Shown here: positions 19,712 through 28,412 of the stretch, one piece after another
Layout of the letters: the number at the start of each line of letters is the position of its first letter
Numbering within the stretch: the stretch's first letter is position 1
IMG/VR virus record: IMGVR_UViG_3300030108_000061
Length of the DNA: 64,000 nt
Origin: an uncultured virus (IMG/VR IMGVR_UViG_3300030108_000061)
Taxonomy: Duplodnaviria; Heunggongvirae; Uroviricota; Caudoviricetes
Reading direction: 5' to 3' (one strand)
Program-made: the position numbers and the translations under genes
The notes under the pieces: generated by a model
What the model was told of the DNA's origin: nothing
Database searches by the model: none
Seen by the model: the letters and a program-made list of their open reading frames with translations, nothing else

Positions 19712-22150
19712 TTACCTTCTTGTATTTGTACCGTACTCTAATGTCACCGTGTCAAGTGAAAAAGGTGGATCTGTACTATTACTTCTAAATTGTATTGCTG
19801 TTGTAAATCCCGTACCTACTGTTTGTGTTTTAAATAAGTTTTGAACTTTACCACCAAACACAGAACCTGCATCTGTAATTCTAACATTACTTATAGTTTG
19901 TGTCAAAGCATTGCTTATAGTTATTGGTGTACTTTTAAATGTTAGATCTACATTATCAGATAATACTTGATTATTAGATAATGTAATATTATTCTGATCT
20001 GTTACAGTTGTAACTACAGTATCACTAGCCACTCCAGTTCCTGATACACCCATACCAACTGCAATTGTACCAGAGTTATTATCTAAAACTATTTCTTTTA
20101 AATTAGATTTTCCTAATGCTGCATATGCAGATAATGATACTTCTCCATTTACTTTAGCTGTTGCAGTTGTTGTTGTTCCTACGCCATCAGTATTAATAAT
20201 AGTATTACTAGGTATGCCTGTGCCTGAAATAGTATCTCCTCCTGACATATTACCAGATTCAGCAACAGTTAATGTAGTACCGCCACTAGTACCAGATCCT
20301 CTAGTAGAAAATTTAGCAAAACTATTTACACCTATAAAAGATATTTGTGAAGTTTCATTAGAAAAAGATATTGTTGCAGGTTGCACAGAGTTTAATTCAT
20401 CAAAATCAAACTTTAAATTAAAATCAAAATTAACTGCACCCTGTGGGTCTGTAAATAAATTTGCTTTGTATACAGTTTTACGAACTCTTGGATCATTTAT
20501 TGGTAAATATGGAGATAAATATTCTGCAGATATATTAGATCCATCAAAACTATTACCGTCTTCCATTTTATAAAGAAAACCATTATCACCAGAAAAAACA
20601 ATAACTTCGTTTGCACCTACCATTTTACTTGATGCAGAAAATACTTCCATGCCTCTTATTTCTGCAAATTGAAAGTCTGTGCCACCTTGAGGAGAAAACT
20701 GTGTAGCTATTACACCTTTAGCTGCAGCACCAACTTGATCAGGATTAAATGCAAACAATCTATACTGTGACTTAGCTCTAATAGTTAAACTGGTAAATAA
20801 ACTAGCAGACCTAATAAAATCACCCAAAGTAGACTGTATGGCTTTTGATATAATTCCTAAACCAAAGTCATTATTACGATCTGTAGCACTTAGTAATCTT
20901 AAACCATCTGCAGTAAGAAACATAACATCACCGCCTATTTCTTGAACGGTGTCACCATCAATACAACCTATATCTTCACTAATCGGTGCCAATGCAAAAT
21001 TAGCTAATGACGTACCTGTTATTTGTTGTATTGTTTTATCTGTAAATATTATAAGAGATTCTCTAAAAGGTATTAATGCTGTAACATTACCACCGACTCT
21101 AAAATTACCACCACCATTACCTGATGTAAAATCACTATCCAATAATGGTCCTGTAAAAGAAACTACATCTCCCTTTCCATAAAATATATGTGTTTTAAAA
21201 GTAGTTACGTGTGTCGCAGATAATACATCAGATGGAGCACCTGTAAGCTCTACAAAGCTAGTACCATCATACAATGCAGGTGGGTTAGCTCCATCAACTA
21301 TTGCAACCTTACGTGTTCCTGTAAAGTTATATTCAGCAAATCTAGTTCTACCTGCACCCTCTCTATTTAAACTTATAAATGTTACAGCAGTATTATCTGA
21401 TACATTAGCTGTTAATGCAGGACTTATAGTTAAAGTTTGTCCTCCTGTACCCCCTGCATCTGCAGTAACTGTATAAACTCTATCTATTCCAGATATAGTA
21501 AACATATCACCATTTTGAGGAGCAACTGTAAGACCATCAACTGGTAAAGAAGTAGCACCAGAGGATACAGGACTACTTGGAGAGTTTACTAATACCGTGC
21601 CATATGCAGGTACGTTTACTTTTGTAAAGCCACTACCAGATGTTTTATACAAGTCTGAGTTTAGTGCTACAATAATATCATCACCAAAAACTTCTACCCC
21701 TTGTGTTCTATAGGGTGTGCTATAAGTTTTAAATGTTATAACAGCACCATTTGCAGGACTAGATTGTAATGTAGTAGAAGTTTTTAATGTTATTTGAGTT
21801 CTATTTGTTGGAGCATCAAATGCTACACTTCCTATCTCATAAGTAGTAGTATCCCCTGCTATAGTAAAAGTATCACCTATTACAGGTGTAGTATGTGTTC
21901 TTGCTATTAATAACGTATCAGAACCAGAGGACTGTGCACCATCTACAACTGCTAGTCCGTATGGTGGTATCTTGTTAGCATCAAACTTACTAAACCCAAG
22001 TATTCTCCTATACCCACCAACAATAGATGGCTCAAAGTTTTTTAAAGTTATTGCAGATCCAGGCATATTAATACCTTGTTGCAACGGACTTATATTTGTT
22101 ACAAGCCCACCTCTAAACTCTACAGGAAACGTTTGTCGTTTAGTTGGCAT
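19712..22150 (-). CDS. Tail nozzle (tail tubular protein B-like) with inserted beta-rich domains
   Basis: GGLVTN..PL, NFEPS..GGYRRI.G and IGC....TVQEIGGD..FL..DGLR motifs; position after the adaptor. Confidence 0.75.
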   Translation of the reverse strand: MPTKRQTFPVEFRGGLVTNISPLQQGINMPGSAITLKNFEPSIVGGYRRILGFSKFDANKIPPYGLAVVDGAQSSGSDTLLIARTHTTPVIGDTFTIAGDTTTYEIGSVAFDAPTNRTQITLKTSTTLQSSPANGAVITFKTYSTPYRTQGVEVFGDDIIVALNSDLYKTSGSGFTKVNVPAYGTVLVNSPSSPVSSGATSLPVDGLTVAPQNGDMFTISGIDRVYTVTADAGGTGGQTLTISPALTANVSDNTAVTFISLNREGAGRTRFAEYNFTGTRKVAIVDGANPPALYDGTSFVELTGAPSDVLSATHVTTFKTHIFYGKGDVVSFTGPLLDSDFTSGNGGGNFRVGGNVTALIPFRESLIIFTDKTIQQITGTSLANFALAPISEDIGCIDGDTVQEIGGDVMFLTADGLRLLSATDRNNDFGLGIISKAIQSTLGDFIRSASLFTSLTIRAKSQYRLFAFNPDQVGAAAKGVIATQFSPQGGTDFQFAEIRGMEVFSASSKMVGANEVIVFSGDNGFLYKMEDGNSFDGSNISAEYLSPYLPINDPRVRKTVYKANLFTDPQGAVNFDFNLKFDFDELNSVQPATISFSNETSQISFIGVNSFAKFSTRGSGTSGGTTLTVAESGNMSGGDTISGTGIPSNTIINTDGVGTTTTATAKVNGEVSLSAYAALGKSNLKEIVLDNNSGTIAVGMGVSGTGVASDTVVTTVTDQNNITLSNNQVLSDNVDLTFKSTPITISNALTQTISNVRITDAGSVFGGKVQNLFKTQTVGTGFTTAIQFRSNSTDPPFSLDTVTLEYGTNTRR

Positions 22151-22153
22151 GGA

Positions 22154-23098
22154 TTACAATACTCTGCTTGGTAGTATCTTAGTGTTCATTGCTCCTGATG
22201 CTATAGCTGTAGAACGAACATAGTCATATCTATTAATGTAAAGAGTACGCATGTTTTTAATACCATCATCAAAAGCACTTTTTAAAATCATAGCTTCTTG
22301 TGTTTCACCTCTAAACATGTAAGCCATATACATAGCTCCATCTACAATTACATATCTAAACTGCACAGGAAGACTAGGTACATCTGTAGCTGCAGATAAA
22401 TTTGTAGGTAGCTTGTAATAATCAAACTCCAATACATATTGTTTATCAGGATATGGATACAATAAGTAATTATTATCGGGGGTTCTTACTATAGCTCTAG
22501 GCACTTCACCTTCTGTAAACTGTGTTACTACTGTGCTATTAGCTATAGTGGCTGCAGTTGTACTATTTGCACCTCTAGTACATCCTGTAAAATCGTTACC
22601 TAATATACCTGTATAGGTTATTTGTTCTGCACCTATGTGTAGTGTACCAGTAGATGTAAATCCTGTTGTTGATGCGACAGTTATTGTTGTTACAGATGCA
22701 GACAATCCAGAGGATGCATTAATAGTTGTTGATGATATGGGGTCTTCTTGATTAGCATAGTTCTTAGATATATACTCTTTGTAGTCTAATACATTTAATT
22801 TATTGCCAGTTACAGTTAGATCTGCATCTTTTTTAATTCTTGCTGTACCATAGTCTACAGACTTTGCATCTGTAGGTATAGAGTATCTTACTACACCTGC
22901 AGTTAAAGTTTTTGTTTCTGTATCATGGTTAAATGGAAAACCATATTCATGTTGATTAATATATCTTATAGATGCATTTATAGCATCCTTTACCATAGCA
23001 TACTCACCTATAGCAGAGGTAAAGTTACTAGAAGTAAGTTCAACCTCGTTTAGTCTTCTATTAACATCATTAACTAAACCTAAATAATCGTATGCCAT
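22154..23098 (-). CDS. Head-tail adaptor (tail tubular protein A-like)
   Basis: YLGLVNDVNRRLNEV, FPFN, YPYPDKQY and VIVDGAMY..Y.FRG motifs. Confidence 0.75.
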   Translation of the reverse strand: MAYDYLGLVNDVNRRLNEVELTSSNFTSAIGEYAMVKDAINASIRYINQHEYGFPFNHDTETKTLTAGVVRYSIPTDAKSVDYGTARIKKDADLTVTGNKLNVLDYKEYISKNYANQEDPISSTTINASSGLSASVTTITVASTTGFTSTGTLHIGAEQITYTGILGNDFTGCTRGANSTTAATIANSTVVTQFTEGEVPRAIVRTPDNNYLLYPYPDKQYVLEFDYYKLPTNLSAATDVPSLPVQFRYVIVDGAMYMAYMFRGETQEAMILKSAFDDGIKNMRTLYINRYDYVRSTAIASGAMNTKILPSRVL

Positions 23099-23121
23099 TT
23101 TATTTCCTTAGATCAAGCTAA

Positions 23122-23145
23122 AGGGGCCAACCTAAGTTAGCCCCT
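23122..23145 (-). terminator. Probable terminator after the capsid genes
   Basis: Minus strand AGGGGCUAAC-uuag-GUUGGCCCCU followed by a short U-rich tail. Confidence 0.6.
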
Positions 23146-23152
23146 AAAGTTT

Positions 23153-23692
23153 TTATGCGAGTAGATCACGATCCACTTCATTAGCAGAGCTAGACTGTGA
23201 TACTTCATCCAAGAGTATGCACACGGCAAACACACGAATAATACCACCAGTAATAGTTCCACTGGATGCCTGAATCTCTACATCAATAGTATCTGCTGAT
23301 GCAGTAAATGCTGGTACATTAGCAACAACACCACTTGATAAACCTGCAGGAGGAGTAATAGCTCCTGCTGAAGCTCCATCTAAGTCAAATGACGCAGCAA
23401 ACAAGTCTACGTCTGTTCCTGTAATACCAACATGAAACTCAGAGTCTGTAGTAGTACCTGCCATTGCAGTGACAACTTTGAAACCTGCATATAGGATCAT
23501 AGTGTTTGCAGGGACAGCAATAGCTTCAATGATATCATTTGCTGCTAGTGCAGTACCACCGTTTTGTAGGATAGCATCTGCAAGATCAATATCGTTCTGC
23601 AGAGTTACTAAACTTCCACGAAGCTGCTTATTGCCAGTACCGCCATTATTGGAAGTAGAGGCTGAGTTCGTGCTCATTGTAATTGTAGCCAT
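23153..23692 (-). CDS. Putative capsid decoration/cement protein
   Basis: Immediately after the MCP; small and beta-rich; RBS GGAGG. Confidence 0.6.
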   Translation of the reverse strand: MATITMSTNSASTSNNGGTGNKQLRGSLVTLQNDIDLADAILQNGGTALAANDIIEAIAVPANTMILYAGFKVVTAMAGTTTDSEFHVGITGTDVDLFAASFDLDGASAGAITPPAGLSSGVVANVPAFTASADTIDVEIQASSGTITGGIIRVFAVCILLDEVSQSSSANEVDRDLLA

Positions 23693-23706
23693 AATTCAAT
23701 CCTCCC

Positions 23707-24780
23707 TTACGCTGCGTTATACTTGGCAGTAACGATTGCTTCTGGACGAAGTATCTTCCTACCATATAGATGCATACCACGAACAATGTCAGCAAAGCTG
23801 TCAGGGTCACGATATGTTTCTGTCTTATTAATCTGCTCTGCAGTTGCAACAGCAGATTCATGTCCAGCAACTAACACTCCAAAATTTGAGTTCTGGTTAG
23901 CTGTTCCTGATGTGCCTGGGCCTGTGCCTACGGCAGGGAGGTTTGAGGATACATACAAACGGAACCCATGAAAGTTGTTGATCACTAGACCATTACGTAG
24001 TCCACCTGAATCACCATAGTCGCCATTCATGAAGCGGCTATCTTCGTCAGAAAGGATTTCCATAAATACAGGGTCAATGACAAGCCATCTCCCTTGTGTA
24101 TCAACTTGTTGTTGATCAAGCAAACGTTTCATACGTGCTACAATCATAGCAGGTGAAACAGTTGCAGTTGGAAGGGATGTGGCCCCAGGCATACGAGCAG
24201 TTACTGGAATCGAATGATCGCCAGCAGATGTCGTAGTGATGTTACCAAAATCACCCTTCTTTAGTTTCATGCTTGAAAGCAGTTCATCATCACCTGCGGT
24301 CAAAACAGCTTTTTCACCACTTGCGGTATCATTTGCTGTATCTGCTTTTGCATGTAATGCTGACTGTTTAAAGCCTGACATGTAGCCAAGAACTTCTTGG
24401 TCATACTGATCAGCTAGGCGATAAGCTGCACGATCTGTTGCCAGATCCATGAAGTTCACGTGACTGTGTGCCTCTTCGATGTCATCCATCTTAAAAGCAA
24501 AGTAGTTACTTTTGTCAACTACCAATGTGAAATCTTCATCATCCAAGTCTTGTGCAGTGACAGTTGTGCCACGTGTGTAAGACTGAACTGAGATTTCAGG
24601 TTCTTTGATAATACGAACAGTATCACCTTGAGCAGAAATCTCCCCAAAATAATCTGAGTTCGTAATATCCCCAACAGTAGCAGACTTGCGAAATGCAAGC
24701 TGTACCTGTTTGGAATAGATTACAGGACTAAAATTACCGTTAGGTAAGTTCCCATAACCCGATGCTGATGAAAAAGCCAT
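23707..24780 (-). CDS. Major capsid protein
   Basis: NLPNGNFSPVIYSK, ITNSDYFGEI..QGDTVRIIKEP and E.YRDPDSFADIVRG.HLYG.K.LRPEA motifs; RBS AGGAGG. Confidence 0.92.
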   Translation of the reverse strand: MAFSSASGYGNLPNGNFSPVIYSKQVQLAFRKSATVGDITNSDYFGEISAQGDTVRIIKEPEISVQSYTRGTTVTAQDLDDEDFTLVVDKSNYFAFKMDDIEEAHSHVNFMDLATDRAAYRLADQYDQEVLGYMSGFKQSALHAKADTANDTASGEKAVLTAGDDELLSSMKLKKGDFGNITTTSAGDHSIPVTARMPGATSLPTATVSPAMIVARMKRLLDQQQVDTQGRWLVIDPVFMEILSDEDSRFMNGDYGDSGGLRNGLVINNFHGFRLYVSSNLPAVGTGPGTSGTANQNSNFGVLVAGHESAVATAEQINKTETYRDPDSFADIVRGMHLYGRKILRPEAIVTAKYNAA

Positions 24781-24816
24781 GATATAATCCTCCTATAAGT
24801 TTGGCTTCACTATGAG

Positions 24817-24976
24817 CTAAACATATTAAGTAGAGGCTGATTGATCTAATAGGGTGCATACTCCACTGATTGGCCTATCAGTATTGTACGGGCCTATACA
24901 CAAACAGGTAAGTCTTTTTGTTTAGGCTAATATTAAGTATAAATGTTAAAAGGTAGACCATTCGGTGGCTTTTAAC
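24817..24976 (-). ncRNA. Structured 5' leader of the MCP mRNA (putative cis-regulatory RNA)
   Basis: One hairpin (24945-24976) and one long stem (24817-24925) carrying three CC / C(U)nAC internal loops; folded by hand. Confidence 0.6.
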
Positions 24977-24989
24977 TAGTATACATATA

Positions 24990-25017
24990 GTTATACTGTA
25001 AAATTTTTATTTGTCAA
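24990..25017 (-). promoter_or_regulatory. Promoter for the MCP operon
   Basis: TTGACA-N16-TATAACTATA on the minus strand. Confidence 0.75.
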
Positions 25018-25024
25018 CAGTATT

Positions 25025-25882
25025 TTATCGTGCAGACCCAGACATGTCATAAACAAATTTTCCAGATCTAATTGACTCCATGATAGCATCTGCAGCTTTT
25101 TCATATTGCTGCGCTGTCATTTTGGCAACTTGCGATTCTTTAAACGAACCTGATTTATCTTCTGTCTCAGGCTCATTGTTACTTGTTCTTTTATTTACAG
25201 AACGAGCGGCATCTTTTCCATTAACTTTTTTAGTGGGTTTAATATTACGATCTGCTTTATACAAGTCAATTGCTCTTGCTGCAGACCTTGCATCTGTATC
25301 ATTTTCATACAATGCATCTTGTACCCACTTAGGCTGTTCTTCTGCCCACTCATGAAAATCGTCACTCTCTCTAATCTCTCCAAAATCAGGGTGAGCTTTC
25401 ATAAGTTCTACCTCTGCTTTTTCACGAGATGCAGTAGCACGTAATTGATCTATTTCCTTTACTTTATCTTCTAATCCTGCAGATTGTTCTCTAGCTTTTT
25501 TAATTGCAATAGTTTCTACAATAGCTGCAACATCAGGATGTTGTTTTGCCCAAGCATCAATATCTTCATCTGACTTAGGTAATTTTATCTCTTTACGTGT
25601 TACCTCTTGTAACTGACCCTCAAGGGTTTTAAATTTTTCTTCCCAATCTTTTTCTTTTTGTTGCATATGGCGACGAAGATCACCATATCGTTTTTTAAAA
25701 CTTTTTTCTTCTGGACTAGTAGGTTCCTCTTCTTTAACCTCTTCTGTAGTAGCTTCTTTACGATCCTTAAGAAGTTCTTTTAGTTCCTGTTCATCGTTTT
25801 CTATCCTGTCTAAATTAGCATTTTTTCTATTCATAAATGCAACTTTTTTTGGTTCTTCTTTAATCATTACTGCTTCAGTCAT
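25025..25882 (-). CDS. Capsid scaffolding protein (start reassigned to ATG 25882)
   Basis: Charged coiled coil, FKKRYGDLRRH, HPDF..I..S..F..W; directly upstream of the MCP; RBS AGAGGA precedes MTEAVM. Confidence 0.8.
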   Translation of the reverse strand: MTEAVMIKEEPKKVAFMNRKNANLDRIENDEQELKELLKDRKEATTEEVKEEEPTSPEEKSFKKRYGDLRRHMQQKEKDWEEKFKTLEGQLQEVTRKEIKLPKSDEDIDAWAKQHPDVAAIVETIAIKKAREQSAGLEDKVKEIDQLRATASREKAEVELMKAHPDFGEIRESDDFHEWAEEQPKWVQDALYENDTDARSAARAIDLYKADRNIKPTKKVNGKDAARSVNKRTSNNEPETEDKSGSFKESQVAKMTAQQYEKAADAIMESIRSGKFVYDMSGSAR

Positions 25883-25895
25883 TTTATTTCCTCTA

Positions 25896-25940
25896 ACTGG
25901 GGCCACCGTAGCCATGTTGGATGGGGGATGAGTAGCCAGC
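25896..25940 (-). ncRNA. Hairpin in the scaffold-gene leader (putative cis-regulatory RNA)
   Basis: GCUGG-CUAC-UCAUC-CC-CCAU-ccaac-AUGG-CUAC-GGUGG-CC-CCAGU, ending just before the RBS. Confidence 0.6.
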
Positions 25941-25952
25941 GTATATAGCAGA

Positions 25953-28181
25953 TTACTTACGTGCTGCTATGCCACGATTCTTGGGGGTAACTTTTTTCTT
26001 TTTAGATCTACTTACAAGACCACCTTCTTTAAAACCATAACCTCCTACGTATCCTTTACCTGCCATTTGCCCTGCTTGAACTGCTCTTTTTTGTCTATCA
26101 GCATCAATACGATCAGCTACAGCCCTTGCCTGTGCTGCAGATGCTTGTCCTCCTGCTACAGATTTTTGAGTTAGTGCTGCATTTTGTCTTGCTCTTGTTA
26201 TATCTGCAGCAGATGTTCTGTCCCTATCTGTTCTACCTCTTTCACCAAAATCTATGGGGGCTGTTGGTGCTGATGGTCCTGCTGGTGCAGGAGTAAAGCT
26301 ATCTATACCTGCAGGTTCTGTTGCAAATGTTGGTGGTGGTGCGACAGGTGTTGCAGTAGCTGCAGGTGGTGCTACAGTTGTTGGAGTAAATCCTCTATCT
26401 GTTTCTTGTCTTGCACGTATAGTTCTTTCAAATTTATCTATCTCATAGTTAGAATAGCCTTCTGCTTCTAAATCTGCTTTAGTATATGTGCCTTTTATGC
26501 TTGCTAGTCTAGCTGCAGCACTTGCTATATCTTCTTCTTTTTGCGCTGTAGATGGTGTTGTTTCATCAACAGTAGTTGCAGTAGCTGCAGGTGGCGCAGT
26601 AAGATCTAAACTAATAGGATCAAATCCTCTAATAGATGTTTCTCCATAGAACTCAGGTTCTGTAGGTTTACCTGCTGTAGCTACCACTGTTTGTAAAGAT
26701 GCCTGTACAGCATCAGCATCAGCACTTTGCAAACTACCTATTACAGAGGTAGTAGGAACACCTAATACTTGAGGTCTAATTGGAGTACCTGCCTCTATAC
26801 CTGCTTTTAAAATATCAGATACGGGTCTACCCATCTCATAATCAGCCACTGTTTGCATAGCTCTAGGCAGTAGTGATCCTTTAGGATCAAACCCTTCATC
26901 TGTAGTAATTTTTATAACACCCTCATTCTTAGCAGTTCCATCTTTTTCATTATTATTCTCATCTGATGCATATTCAATAGCAGCAGTTGTTGCTGCCTCT
27001 GTATCTTCTTTATTTAAACTTAATGCACTTGAAACATCTTTAATTACATCATTTATTAATCCAATAGCAGCCATTCCAAGGCCACCACCTTTTTCTGTTT
27101 TTTCTTTTAATGTAGCTAATTCTTCTTTCAAATCATCTAGCTTACCAGCATCTTTCATTTTGTTTACAAAAGTTTGATCATTTTTTATTTTATCTTGTAA
27201 TTTTTCAAGCGTGTTTATTTTATTCATACGCATCATAGCTGCAGAGGCTAATCCAAAAGCAGGATTAATTACACTAGCAATAGCTACAAATACATTTCCT
27301 ACAGAGCTATTAATCTTTCCTACTTCGTTTACTATTTCTTCTGCACTTGCTGCATCGTAATCAAAAGGCTTTGGTGGGGGAAGTGGATCACGATCATTAT
27401 CATCTCGAACACTTGTAGTAGGTGTTGTAGTAGGATCAGTTGTTACATCATCAGTATCGTCTGATATTTCATCTCCCTCTTGATAAGGTATATAACCATC
27501 TGGAATTGGCGTTATAGGATTGCCTTTATAAAAAGTAAACTTTCTTATATCGCCAGTTTCTGGATTGTAGTACTCTACTTCGTAATAATCTAAAAGTTGA
27601 TTTGCTGTAACTACTGGCTTTGGAGATCCTGTAACTGTTTCATAATTTACACCTTGTTCTACAAATGCAGGTCTGTATCCTGATGTAGTTGTCTGCCCTG
27701 TATTATAAGTTATAGGTCTAAAAGAACTTGCAGGGGGAGTATATGTAGGAATATTTGCAGGTGGATTTGAATACACAGAGGGTCTAGTAATTAATGTACC
27801 TGCTTGCGCTTTAACTACCCCACCAGTATATTTTTTCTTAGGCTTTTGTTTTGGCTCTCCTATAATAATTAAATCAGCCATATCAAACGGAAGATCATCA
27901 GGTATAATAGCCTCATCAGAATTACCCATCTGACCCATAGCTTCCATCTTTTTTAAGCCCATCTTAGCATCTTGTCTTAACTGCATTAATTTATCAAGAC
28001 CAATATAACGAACTACATCTTCTGGAAAAACAAACTCACCTTCACTTATCATAGCAGGTATATCATCACGTACACCTTTTTTAGTTCCCCCTATAGGAAC
28101 TTTATTACCAGACACTTCATCTATTTCACCACCCTCATCTTCAAGGCCACCTTTACGAAATAAATCTAATTGCTGTTCCAT
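25953..28181 (-). CDS. Head-module protein of unknown function (conserved N-terminal domain, low-complexity remainder)
   Basis: DDIPAMISEGEFVFPEDVVRYIG domain; located between portal and scaffold; P/T/A-rich C-terminal half. Confidence 0.7.
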   Translation of the reverse strand: MEQQLDLFRKGGLEDEGGEIDEVSGNKVPIGGTKKGVRDDIPAMISEGEFVFPEDVVRYIGLDKLMQLRQDAKMGLKKMEAMGQMGNSDEAIIPDDLPFDMADLIIIGEPKQKPKKKYTGGVVKAQAGTLITRPSVYSNPPANIPTYTPPASSFRPITYNTGQTTTSGYRPAFVEQGVNYETVTGSPKPVVTANQLLDYYEVEYYNPETGDIRKFTFYKGNPITPIPDGYIPYQEGDEISDDTDDVTTDPTTTPTTSVRDDNDRDPLPPPKPFDYDAASAEEIVNEVGKINSSVGNVFVAIASVINPAFGLASAAMMRMNKINTLEKLQDKIKNDQTFVNKMKDAGKLDDLKEELATLKEKTEKGGGLGMAAIGLINDVIKDVSSALSLNKEDTEAATTAAIEYASDENNNEKDGTAKNEGVIKITTDEGFDPKGSLLPRAMQTVADYEMGRPVSDILKAGIEAGTPIRPQVLGVPTTSVIGSLQSADADAVQASLQTVVATAGKPTEPEFYGETSIRGFDPISLDLTAPPAATATTVDETTPSTAQKEEDIASAAARLASIKGTYTKADLEAEGYSNYEIDKFERTIRARQETDRGFTPTTVAPPAATATPVAPPPTFATEPAGIDSFTPAPAGPSAPTAPIDFGERGRTDRDRTSAADITRARQNAALTQKSVAGGQASAAQARAVADRIDADRQKRAVQAGQMAGKGYVGGYGFKEGGLVSRSKKKKVTPKNRGIAARK

Positions 28182-28187
28182 TATAAG

Positions 28188-28412
28188 TTACTCACTTTTT
28201 AAAACCTCATCACGCAGTAATTTTAATCTACGTAGTTGATATATTGCACCTTGTGCTCTATACATTATTTGAATATTGTCTGTCTGTTCTATATTACGAT
28301 GCTGCTGTTCAATAAGCATATCTAAATATTTACTGAACTGGTCCCATTGCTTCTGGTTGCTCACCAGCCCCTTCAGCTTGTTGAGGTGCTCCTTGTTGTT
28401 GTTCATTACCAC
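28188..28412 (-). CDS. Small conserved post-portal protein
   Basis: YRAQG....LRRLK.LRDEV pattern; overlaps the portal 3' end. Confidence 0.65.
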   Translation of the reverse strand: MVMNNNKEHLNKLKGLVSNQKQWDQFSKYLDMLIEQQHRNIEQTDNIQIMYRAQGAIYQLRRLKLLRDEVLKSE

